DNA of 64,000 nucleotides from Dictyostelium discoideum (taxonomy: Eukaryota), in contig CM000153.2 of NCBI GenBank assembly GCA_000004695.1, positions 768,001 to 832,000 on the forward strand, in the 5' to 3' direction. Position 1 is the stretch's first letter. Each line of letters starts with the position of its first letter. The notes under the pieces were generated by a model. That model saw only the letters and a program-made list of their open reading frames with translations. It had not been told where the DNA came from and did no database searches. Positions 32,136-47,956 of the stretch are shown here, piece after piece. The position numbers and the translations under genes are program-made.

Positions 32136-32795
32136 ATGGGTAATACATCATCATCAAATTATGATTGTAATCAACAATCTAAAAATAATAAAAAAAATAA
32201 TAAAATTTCAAAAAAGAATAAAAATTGTTCAAATACAATAAATAATAATAATAGCATTTCAAATTGTAAAAAAGAAGAACCAAAGAAAAATTATAAATTA
32301 ATTACATTAGGATCATCAGGTGTTGGTAAAACATCGATTAGTTTTAGATTCGTTTCAAATATATTTGTAACTGAATATGATCCAACAGTTGAGGATGCCT
32401 ATAAAAAAGATTATGTTTTCGATGGTAAAGAATTAAAATTGGAACTTATAGATACTGCTGGTCAAGAAGAGTATAGTAGTGGTCTTCATGATAAAGCAAT
32501 TCGTAGCTGTGATGGTTTTATCCTTGTTTTCAGTATTACAAGTCGTGAAAGCTTCCAAAAGATTAAAGATTTAAGAGAAAAAATCCTTTGGGTTAAAGAT
32601 AAAGATAGAGTACCAATGGTTATCGTTGGTAATAAATCTGATATGGAAAAAGATAGAAGAGTTTCAAAAAGTGAAGCTCGTTCATTAGCTGAAGAATTTG
32701 AATGTAGATACATTGAAACTTCTGCAAAAACTTCTGAAAATATAGAATTATTATTTAATACAATTCTTGGTCAAGTTGTTGAAAAAAAGAAATAA
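32136..32795 (+). CDS. Ras-family small GTPase, N-terminal 'MG' (myristoylation-type start), no CAAX box
   Basis: G1 'GSSGVGKTS', switch I 'YDPTVEDAY', G3 'DTAGQEEY', G4 'GNKSD', G5 'ETSAK'. Single exon. Lys/Asn-rich N-terminal extension. Confidence 0.85.
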   Translation: MGNTSSSNYDCNQQSKNNKKNNKISKKNKNCSNTINNNNSISNCKKEEPKKNYKLITLGSSGVGKTSISFRFVSNIFVTEYDPTVEDAYKKDYVFDGKELKLELIDTAGQEEYSSGLHDKAIRSCDGFILVFSITSRESFQKIKDLREKILWVKDKDRVPMVIVGNKSDMEKDRRVSKSEARSLAEEFECRYIETSAKTSENIELLFNTILGQVVEKKK

Positions 32796-32981
32796 TTATT
32801 TAATTATTAAAAAAAAAAAAAAAAAAACCAAAAACATACATATTCCGAATACAACAAATTATTTAAAAAAAAAAAAAAAAAAAATCAAATACTTAATCAT
32901 TTTAATATTAAAAAATAAAATGATATAACCTTGTAAATAAAAATAAAAAAATAAATAAAATATTTTAAATTAAAATAAAAA

Positions 32982-32995
32982 TTACTTTTTCTTTT

Positions 32996-33029
<34 letters not shown>

Positions 33030-34427
33030 TAATTTAAATTTAAAAATTGAATCAGAAGGTTTCCAATTAAATATAAAAAATTCCCATGGATTGAAATTTA
33101 TTGAATCATTATTGACACAATATCTTTGTTTACAATAATAATTTGATCTTGATTTTTCACCAAAAATATCAAAATTACACATTGAATTTTGTTTTTTACC
33201 TTCCCAATAATTTGAATCATTTTCATTACAATAAACTGGATATCCTTCATCATCGAATGGTACACAATATGGATTATCAGTTGCATATATCCAATTTTTA
33301 ATTATTGTACCATTACAAGTTTTACAATCTTGGCCAATAAAATTACCACTACAATGGCAATAACCAAATTTATATTTATGATCAAATAATAAAATTACTT
33401 TAATTTTACTATCATAAAATAAATGTTTATCATCAATATTTAAAATTTTACCAATGGTTGAATTTGTTGTATAGATTAAATAATTTAAACCTTGAAATGC
33501 TTGAATTGAATTTATACCGGTTTCTTTTAAATGTCCCTCTACATTCTTCTTTAAGGAAATCAATACTACCATTTTTTAAACATTTTATTGGTTTTCTTAT
33601 AATACCGTCTTCTATCACATAATAGATAAAATCATAGGCAAATGAAATTTTACTTGAATCTCTATATCTTGGAATTCCATTGATAAGATTTGTTGAATAA
33701 TTTTTAATTGAACAATTTATACAACGTATTGTTGCCATACCAAATTCATCAAATTCGCTATAAGGTTGTTCATAATATTTCTTTCTATAATAAACTTTTG
33801 AATTAATTTCCCAAATTGATTTACAATCTATATCATTATAAATAATATTTTCTGCACTTTTAATCTCTTTATAATTTGTTGAATTAATTTTTAAAAATTG
33901 TTTTGAAATTAATTTATTTTCTAAACATATATATTGAGTGAATTCACCTTCATTATTTTCATCTTTACGGATCATTATGGGAATTTCAATTATTTCTTTA
34001 CCAATTTGATCAATATCATTAATATTACCATTTAAACAAAGTCTTGTTATAATTTCAACATCTTTATTTGGGTTATCCACATATAATTGTACACCAGTTA
34101 CTCTTTTATATTTTGTTTGATTTTTATTATGATTCAACTCTTCATTAATTTTCATAATTGTTTCAAGTCCGTCATTTACTTTTTCATTATTTATTGGAAT
34201 TGAAAATAAGAAAGTTTCTTCAATTTTTTTAATTGTATTTCTTCCCACAAAATAAATTTTATTTGGTTATGGTTTACATGTCCTCCACCTATTATAAAAA
34301 TTTGATTTTCTTTTTTACAATATCCAAAGGGTGTTTCACATTGATAGTCATATAAACATTTATTTGATTTTACTAATTTTACTATTAAAATTAAATAAAA
34401 TAATATATATCTTAATTTAACTATCAT
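32982..34427 (-). CDS. Secreted EGF-like-domain protein. Gene model incomplete, possibly a pseudogene.
   Basis: Signal-peptide exon 'MIVKLRYILFYLILIVKLVKS'. Long middle ORF 33448..34248. 3' ORF with laminin-type EGF-like 'CHCSGNFIGQDCKTCNG' and further Cys pairs. A 109-nt GTATAA..TAG intron (33517..33409, phase 2) cleanly joins middle to 3' part ('...FKRNR|KIKVILLFDHKYKFGYCHC'). The join between the signal-peptide frame and the middle frame (34191..34248) has no clean intron. Only a weak GTGGAG..AAG candidate exists. A frameshift is possible. Confidence 0.4.
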
Positions 34428-34588
34428 TTTTTAATAAAATATAATTAATAATTAAAAAAAAAAAAAAAAAAATAAAAAAAAAAAAAAATAAAAAAAAAAT
34501 AAAAATAGAACAAAAAAAAAAATAAATGAAAAATAAATAACCCCATTTTGTGGTTATCTTATTTTTTTTTTATTCAATTTTACAATTT

Positions 34589-34619
<31 letters not shown>

Positions 34620-34928
34620 GGCTTTAAATTCAAGTTAAAAAAATAAAAATAAACAATTGTTTAAAAAAATACTTTTATTTATTTTTTTTTTTTTATCTAA
34701 TTTTTTTTTTTAATTATCTATTAATTATTTTTTTTTTATTTTTTTTTATTTTTTTCTATTAGAATATATTTATTGTAATATTTGAAATTATTAAATCAAT
34801 TAACTAATTTTTGTTTGGTTGATTATTTTTGTGTGAAAAATGTTTATTTGAAAATTTTTTAAAAAAAAATATCTGAAAATTTTATGAAAAAGAAATCGTT
34901 ACATGGGTTGATTTGATCAAAATCAATT

Positions 34929-34967
<39 letters not shown>

Positions 34968-35051
34968 TTTCAATTTTTTTTTTTTATTTAAATCAATTAA
35001 TTTCAATTTTTTTATTTTATTTTATTTATTAAATAATTACCACATATAAAA

Positions 35052-35468
35052 ATGGCTAAAGAGAATTATGAATTTTTCGTTGTCAGCGGTAAAGTTTCAA
35101 AAGGGTATGATTCAAACGGTCTTGCAGATCCTTATGTTAAAATGGGATATATTAGTAAAAAGACTGGTAAAACAGAATATTTCTTAAAAACCAAAGTAAT
35201 CAAATCCACATTATTACCAGAGTTTCAACATAAACAAGTTCAAGAATTGGATTCAGATGATATAGAAAAGGTTGTTATTGAAATGTATGATCATGACTTG
35301 ATTGGAAAGAATGACTTTATTGGTAAAGTTACTTTAGAAGGTAACTCTCTTACATGTCTATCAACTGAAGGTACTCTCATTAGATATCATTTGTTCAATG
35401 AAAATGACTCAGAATCAGTTGGTAAATCCACAGCTAATGTTTACTTGGGTATGAATAAAAAGGCCTAA
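35052..35468 (+). CDS. Small single C2-domain protein
   Basis: C2-domain hallmarks 'SDPYVKM' (Ca-binding loop 1) and 'YDHDLIGKNDFIGK' (loop 3). 138 aa single exon. Confidence 0.7.
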   Translation: MAKENYEFFVVSGKVSKGYDSNGLADPYVKMGYISKKTGKTEYFLKTKVIKSTLLPEFQHKQVQELDSDDIEKVVIEMYDHDLIGKNDFIGKVTLEGNSLTCLSTEGTLIRYHLFNENDSESVGKSTANVYLGMNKKA

Positions 35469-35578
35469 ACTTCTTTAAAAATGTAATATAAAGTTTTAAA
35501 TAATTTTTTTTTTTTTCCAATTTATTTTATTAAGTTTAAACTCATTTAATACAAATAGATTAAATAAATAATATAATC

Positions 35579-35655
<77 letters not shown>

Positions 35656-36039
35656 TGAGCCATAATTCATTTTTAAACAAAATAAATTTAAAATTAATAA
35701 TTATCTCAGATAAAAAAATATGTTAATGGGTATTATCAAAGACCCATAGATGTAAGGTAGATTGATAATTTCCAACTCTATTTTTTTATTTTTTTTATTT
35801 CTATTTTTATTTTAATTATATTATTTTAATTTTTTATTATTATTTTTATTTTTATGTTTTATATCTTTAATTTTAATTCTATTATTATTATTATTTTTAT
35901 TATAATGGTGGTTATTGTTTGAATAAATATAAAAAATGATATAATTTAGTTTGAAAATAAATTAAATTTGATTTAACTTTTATATAAACATTATTATGAT
36001 TATTATTATTTGATTTTTAATCCTGTAAGAATTAAAACC

Positions 36040-36690
36040 ATTCTTTATTGAAAAGGGAGTGCCAGAAATTGAAGTTTAATTTTTAATTTCATTTAATGGT
36101 ACTAAAGTACATAAGATATCCACAGTATCTGGTGGACTATTAATTACGAATGGAATTGAGAAATCTTGATTTGAAAGTAAAGGTGAAGGAGTTGAATAAT
36201 TGAGTTGTTTTTCAACATTTGAGTGATTAGTATTAAAAATATATCCTGGTGATGATGGAGAATTTTTAAATTGATTAATAATTTCAATTGGAATTTTATC
36301 TAGTCTACATTTTATTTTGCCAGTTAATTGTTGTAGATTGATTTAAGACCAAATCATTAATGTAAAATAATGATGATAAACATTTCTTTATGATTGAATG
36401 TATAATTGGATCATTTTTAGTTTTTTCAGATTGTTGTTTTAAAATATTCATTGTAATATCATCTACTGCATCTAAACCAATTGAATTTTGGAAACTTGGA
36501 TTATTTCTAAATGAATTTCTACCTTCTTTAATTAAATCATAAATTTCATGAACTTCTCTCCAAGAATTCTCACATTCTGTTAAAAGTTTAATAATATTTT
36601 CACCAACTTTAAAAATATTATTTAAATCGGCTTCTGGTGATGGGAAATTACCAGTACCAAGTGAACCAGGTCACATATAAAAGTCTAAAA
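36040..36690 (-). pseudogene. Degraded fragment of the C-terminal domain of the NTPase-RING-patatin family, remnant of a further array member
   Basis: About 85-90% nucleotide identity to 42030..42700 and 47525..48190. In-frame stop ('ttgaagtttaattttt'). Lacks the rest of the gene. Similarity ends abruptly at about 36690. Confidence 0.7.
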
Positions 36691-36833
36691 CAAATTTAAT
36701 ACAAAAAAAAAAAAAAAAATTAAAATAAAATAAATAAAAAAATCTTTTAAAAATAGTCACAACAAAAATTAAAAAAAAAAAACATAACGATAAAAAAAAA
36801 CAGTTTAGGCCATTAATAATTTAAAAATGGATT

Positions 36834-36864
<31 letters not shown>

Positions 36865-37010
36865 TTTTTTTTAATAAAATATTTCTTATTTTTTTTTTTT
36901 TTCAGATATTTTTAAATAATAAAATAGTCAATATTTTCCATTTAGTTTATTTAAACTCATTTTATTCCAAATAAATTAATAAAATAGTCCCAAAAAATAA
37001 TAAGAAATTT

Positions 37011-37057
<47 letters not shown>

Positions 37058-37454
37058 AAATAAATGATTTTTAATTCATTTTTAAACAAAATAATTTAAA
37101 ATTAATATTTATCTCAGGTTATAAAAAAAGATATCAATAGATATTATAAAAGACCATAGATATTTATAATTTCCAAATCTATTTATATAAAATTAATTCA
37201 TTTTCAAACTTTATTACCAAAAAAAAAAAAAGTAAATATTAGACACATAGAATTAATTTAAAAATATATTTTTTTATTTTATTTGTTTTTTTTATTGTAA
37301 ATTTTAATTAAGATATATAGAAATTATAGTTTTTTTTTTTTAATAATATATTAAAATATTTTTTTTTTATAATTTTAAAATGTTATTGGCAATTAATTTA
37401 AATAAAATTTATAAATGGTAAATTGCCAATGGATTTGATTAATTGTATGAATTT

Positions 37455-39623
37455 TTAATTTTTAGTAGTTATGAATGAATTCTCTATACCATTATTTATT
37501 GAAAAAGGATTACCTGAAATTGAAGTATCATTTTTAATATTATTTTTTGCAACCATAGTACATAAGATATCAATTATATCTGGTGGATTTTTGATTATGA
37601 ATGGATTTGAAAAATTATTTAATTGATTATTTGGGTGTGGAGGTGAAGGAGAAAAATATTGAAAATTTTTATCATTGTTTGAATACTTTAATACAAAAGC
37701 TGAACCTTTTTTTAATTGATTAATTATTTCGATTGGAATTTTATCAAGTCTACATTTTATATTACCAGTTAATTCTTTTTTAGATTTATTAAAAATTAAA
37801 TCATCAATGTAAAATAATGATGATAAAGATTTCTTTATAATTGAATGTACAGTTGGATCATTTTCAATGTTTACTTTTTGTTTTAAAATATTCATTGTAT
37901 TATCATCCATTTCATCCAAACCAATTGATTTCTGGAAACTTGGATTGTACCTAAATGAATTTTTACCTTCCCATATGAAACCATAATAAATTTCATGAAC
38001 TTCTCTCCAAGAATTTATAGATTGTGTTAAAAGATTATATTCCTGATCACCAACTTTAAAAATGTTATTTTTTTGATTTTCTGGTGATGGGAAATCACCA
38101 GTACCAAGTGAAACTAACGTGTCTAAGTTTCTACAAGGCCACATATCTTTATACTCTTTCATTGCAACTTTACAAGGATTATTATTCTTTAAACCACCAT
38201 CAAGAAATTGACGACTATTATATTCAAATGTTCTGAAATATTTAGGTGCAGCTGATGTGGCTTCAGCTGCGTCAGTTACTTTTGAACCAGATATAAAATG
38301 TGTTTGTTTTGAACATTTTGATGGGTATGTTTTTTTTTGATAATTTGAAAATATACACTCATCAAAATCACCAGACTCTTGTGTTACAGTTACAACTGCA
38401 GCCCTTATTTTTGGAAATGAAATTGATAAAAATTTGTCATTTAAAATGGTTTTATAACATTCTTTTAGTTTTTTTCTTTTATATTTGGGTTTTCCAAATA
38501 TATGGGTAATAATACCCAATGTAGGTCTTTCATAACCTTTTTTTGCCAAAATGTCAAATGATATAGCTAATTCTGGTAGTGTTTTCTCAGTTGATGCAAG
38601 TTGTAAAGCAACTAATCCACCTGCAGATGTACCAACAATTAAATCAAACAATTTTGAAATATGAATACCATATAGTTGCTTTTGTATTTCTTGTAAAACA
38701 TTGCAATGTAATATACCTCTAACTCCTCCACCATCCAATGATAGAACTCTTGCACCCATTGTTTTAATAAAATCTATTTCCTTTAATATATATTCTCTAT
38801 CCCCATAACATCCTGGAACTCTACATTCATCTTTAGGTCGATCAGGCATTTGAGAAAATATACCAAGTGAGCAATCTAAACATAGAAAATGTCCACATTT
38901 ATATTCTATATATGGAGAATTTAAACAACAACCAAAACAAACACCTTGATTTGTTGTTGCATGGCCAATGAAAACTTGTTTAATTGTTTCTTTACCAGAG
39001 AGGTGATTACTTAATAATAATGATAAATCATCATATTTTACTGATTCATCAAATTCTCCATCCCATGTATATCTTACTTCTGATTGGTTAAAAAAAGAGC
39101 CAAATATTTCAGTGTGCTTGGGTTTATATGTTTCACTTGATATATGCTTTGTATGAGTACCCCTAAAATTTGTACATGAATAGCCATGTACATTTTTTGA
39201 ACCACACGGTACCATCCCATGTATTTCACCTGATACTAGTTCTAATATGCTTTCAAAACGTGGATGCAATTTTTTAGAATACTCTGGACCTATGTGGTAA
39301 ATTTTTTTAAAATTTGTGTAAATCTCTGGCAATCTAAATTTTAATATATTCAAACAATGGGTGTAACTTTTTGATTCTTTTGAATTACATTTAAATGTTT
39401 CAACAAAATAATAATAATTTATTAAAAAGAATTCAAATAAGTAGTTGGCATGTAAATTTATCATTTGATCTGTCAAAGAATGTTCTTGATTTTTTGAATA
39501 AATTGGCAAAGTTGATTCTTCACTTCCAGATTTATGATTTTGATGTAAATTATCTAAGTCTGGATTAGTTTGAAAAAGACCATCTACTATTGGTCTTTCT
39601 TCTAGTTGTGTTTTATCAATATA

Positions 39624-39722
<99 letters not shown>

Positions 39723-40025
39723 ATTATTATTATTATTATTAGTATTATTAATATTATTATTATTATTATTATGATTTTTATTATTATTATTAGATGAAGT
39801 AGTTGTAGTTGTTGTTTTATTACTGATATTTGCCTCTCTATCCTTTAATATATCTGGTTCAAAATAAGATTCTTCTGAATTTATTGAAAATGTTATTGGT
39901 GTTCCTAAAAGATTTTGAATGGATTTAATTGATGAATCAGAAAATGTGTAATGTGACATATTCCCAATTTTATTTGAAGAAGAAGAAGAACTTGGCAAAT
40001 CTTCATCTGCATTAAAATTAATATA

Positions 40026-40096
<71 letters not shown>

Positions 40097-41490
40097 CATT
40101 ACTATTATTTGAAGTGAAATTTCTAAAAATTTTATTTGTTGATTTTGGTTCTTGAAAATTTGAAAAATCATCAATAATTCCAGTACAATTTAATTTAACT
40201 AAATCGGGTGAACCTATTGGATTTTTACTAAAGAAATTAGTTAAATTTGAAATTCTTTTCATACATTTTGATTTTTCAACAGAAATTTTTGGAGTTCTAT
40301 TATTTTTAAATTTTAAAGATTCTAAAACCTTTTCACTAATAGTTTCTTCCAATTTTTTAAATTGACTTTGATATCTATTAAAAGAATCTAATTCCTTTCC
40401 ATTAATATTTGGTAAGAAAATGATTGAAACTGATTGAAAACGTGTTTCTATCTCTTTTGAACCATGAAAATAATCCTTAAAATATTCTTTCTTGGCATAT
40501 TTCATATCATCATATTCTTTATTTTTATTAGAATTATTAAATAAAATGATTAAATGTGGACTACATGGATTATTTGCACTATCAGCTGCAACCGAAGAAA
40601 ATTCAAGTAAACTATCAATAACATCACCTCTATTTCTGGCATCACCATAAAATGTTAAAACAAAAACATCTGAACATAAATATAATAATCTTGGATAAGA
40701 TGATTGGACATATTTACTTCTAATATCAGCCTTCTAAATAATTAAATAAATAAAATAAAAAATAATAAAAAGAATTAGGAAAAAATCCATTATGAAATTA
40801 AAAATTTTTAATTTTTTAAAATCAAAATACAAACTATTAATAATGATTCATTTTTCTCATCTTTTTCTTTTTTTTCATTTCTTTCTTTTAAATCATTGGT
40901 TTTTTGAGAAAATGTTCCATTGATTCCTTCAGAATCAATAATTACATATTTAAACTTTTCTTCACCAACAGTTTCACCAATAAATGAATTTAAATCTGAA
41001 GAGGTTGATGTAATTGAATCACCACCAGGAATTGGATGATCGCAAGTTTTTGTCAAGTTACAAATTGTGGTTGATTTACCTGAGCCACTAGAACCAATAA
41101 AACTATCGACTAAAAATGGATCTTTATCTGATAATCCAATTTGACCCCATTTGTATCCATGATCAATTGTCTTTGTTTTAGTATTAACAAACAAAAGTTT
41201 ATTTTTTAAATCCATTGATCTATCATATTTTACAATATCATTGTAGCCTTGTGTGAATTTTTGATATTTAAGAAAAAAAGTAACCCTTTTAAATTCTTCA
41301 TAAGGAATTGTTTGGTGTTCTGATTCATCCTGATGTCTAGTTGCACATGATTTACAAATAATTCTATCTCCATTACATTGAAGACAAAAATGAAAATCAT
41401 CACTATTTGTTGATTCTTTTTGACATTTTTTAAAGTCACAAATTATTTTGGTAGGGTATTTATAAATTTCATCTTTTACAAATACCTTTT

Positions 41491-41494
<4 letters not shown>
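37455..41494 (-). CDS. Multidomain protein (array copy 1): B-box-like zinc finger, TRAFAC-class P-loop GTPase, RING-like Cys/His motif, patatin-like phospholipase and a conserved C-terminal domain. Two exons: 41494..40835 and 40733..37455.
   Basis: Exon 1 (ORF 40808..41494) holds 'C-x4-C-x11-C-x2-C-x6-C-x2-C-x3-H-x5-H' and P-loop 'FIGSSGSGKSTTI', then 'IIDSEG' (G3-like). Non-consensus GTTTGT donor at 40834. Acceptor '..ttatttag' at 40734, phase 0. Exon 2 continues in frame above the track's Met ('KADIRSKYVQSSYPRLLYLCSDVFVLTFYGD...'). RING-like 'CFGCCLNSPYIEYKCGHFLCLDCS...CRVPGC'. Patatin motifs 'LSLDGGGVRG' and 'GTSAGG' plus catalytic-Asp region 'DGGL.NNNP'. Poly-N linker. Confidence 0.7.
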
Positions 41495-41552
<58 letters not shown>

Positions 41553-42009
41553 TAGGGTATTTTATTTAAAAAAAAAAAGTTTATTTTATTTTAAGTTTAC
41601 AATTTTACAAAATTGTTGAGTAAATAATATTACAATTTTAAATAATAATATAATAATAATGTTATAAAAAAAAATAAAAAAAAAAAAATAAAAAAAAAAA
41701 AAAAAATAAAAAAATAATAAAAAAAAAAAAAAAATAAAAATGAAAATAAAAATAAAATTAATTTCACACTATTGCACTTAAATAATTACAAAGATGGTGG
41801 TAATAAAAATAACATCACCCATATTTTTATTATTTTTGTAATTTTTAATATTCATTCAAATAAAGACCACCATTTTTTTTTTTTTATTTTAATTTTTTTT
41901 TTTTTTTTAATTCTATTTTTATTTTTATTATTATTTTGATTATTTAATTTTTTAATTCTATTTTTATTTTTATTTTTATTTTTATTATTATTATTTTTAT
42001 TATTTTTTT

Positions 42010-45967
<3,958 letters not shown>

Positions 45968-46463
45968 CTACAATAAAAAAAAAAAAATTTGTAAAAAAAA
46001 AATTATTAAAAAAAAAAAAAAAAAAATTTAAAATTTTTTTTCTTTTATCAACTTAAAAATGCTTCCAAATTTTTCCACTTCAAAATTCAACCACTTAAAA
46101 ATGCTTCAAAATTTTTTTTTTTTTTTTTTAAAATCTTAAGTTTGATTTGGGCCAATATTTTTTTTTCAATTTTTAAAAAGAAAATAAAAAAAGGATTAAT
46201 AATAATTAAATTTAAAATTTGATACCAACAATTTTGAATTCTAAAAATAAACTTTTTTTTATTATTTTAAAGTCCCTTCAAATTTTTGTAATTACAAATA
46301 TTAATATGGTGAATTTTATAATTACAAATATTTTTTATTTTTAAAGTCAATACTGTGAGTGTAACTTAGAAAAAAAAAATTTTTATTTCTTTATTTTTTT
46401 TTTTTTTTATTTTAATTTTTTTTATTTTATTTTTTTTCTAAACCCCACAAATATATTTTTTTT

Positions 46464-46498
<35 letters not shown>

Positions 46499-46964
46499 TT
46501 TTTTTTTTTTTTTTGTATTTATTTTTTTATTCATTTATTTATTTATTTATTTATATATTTATTTATTTTATTTTTTAAATCAAAAATTTTATTTTTAGAA
46601 TTTAATTATTTATCATTCATTTTTAATTATTTTTTTATTTTGAAGAACAACAACTAGTGAATATATTTTATATAAAAAAATTAATTTGGTTGAATTAATT
46701 GTTATATTTTTTTTTTTTTTAAAAAAAAAAAATTTGAATGTTTGAATTAATAAATTAAAAACAACCTATCAAGATTTAATTCATTAATAAAAAAATAAAA
46801 ATAAAATAATTAATTCAGTCATGTTAATTTTTTTTTTCTCAATTGAACCCAAAAAAAAAAAAAAATTAAAAATAATAATAATAATTAAATTCGTTTTTGT
46901 GTATTTTTGGGTGCTTTATTTATCTATACTAAATTCATATTAAAAATTAATAAATTTAAATTGT

Positions 46965-46995
<31 letters not shown>

Positions 46996-47505
46996 CGGGT
47001 CTAATTTGAATGTTATCATCAATATTCTTCAAAATAAAAAAATAATTACAAGAAATGGATGAAAAATAATTAAATTCTAAAAATAAAATTTGATTTAAAA
47101 AATAAAATAAAAAATTCAAAAAACAGAATGATTACATTCATTTTTTTTAATTTTTATATCATTTTGTGTATTTTTGAGTGCCCTATTTATCTATACTTAA
47201 TTCATATTAAGAATTAATAAATTGTTTGAAAAAAAAAAAATGAAAAATAAAATGAAAAAAAAAATGAAAATTTTTTTTTTTTTTTTTTTTTTTTTGTGTG
47301 TCCAGTTTGAATGTTTTTATAAATATTTTTATTTTTGTTTTTTTTCTATTTTTATTGTTAATTTTTAAAATTTTAGTTCTATTTTTTTTTTTTATTTTTT
47401 TTTTTTTATTATTATTTTGATTATTTAATTTTTTAATTCTATTATTATTTTTATTTTAATTTTTTTATTTATTTTTAATTTTATTATTATTATTATTATT
47501 TTTTT

Positions 47506-47949
47506 TTAATCCTCCAAAAGTATGAATAAATTATTTATACCATTCTTTATTGAAAAGGGAGTGCCAGAAATTGAAGTTTCATTTTTAATTTCATTCAATG
47601 GTACTAAAGTACATAAGATATCAATAGTATCTGGTGGACTATTAATTACGAATGGAATTGAGAAATCTTTATTTGGAGGTAAAGGTGAAGGAGTTGAATA
47701 TTTAAATTGTTTTTCAACATTTGAGTGATTAGTATTAAAAATAAATACTGGTGATGAGTTTTTAAATTGATTATTAATTTCGATTGGAATTTTATCAAGC
47801 CTACATTTTATATTACCAGTTAATTGATTTGTAGATTGATTTAAGACCAAATCGTCAATGTAAAATAATGATGATAAACATTTCTTTATGATTGAATGTA
47901 TAATTGGATCATTTTTAGTTTTTTCAGATTGTTGTTTTAAAATATTCAT
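47506..47949 (-). pseudogene. C-terminal domain of array copy 3 displaced into another frame by a 1-nt insertion, with an upstream in-frame TAG (disrupted C-terminus)
   Basis: Aligned with copy 2 (42440..42560), copy 3 reads 'ccaattgaCTTTTTggaaac' versus 'ccaattgaATTTTggaaac' (+1 nt at about 47985). A cca-to-cta change at about 48060 creates TAG on the coding strand. Confidence 0.55.
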
Positions 47950-47956
47950 TGTAATA

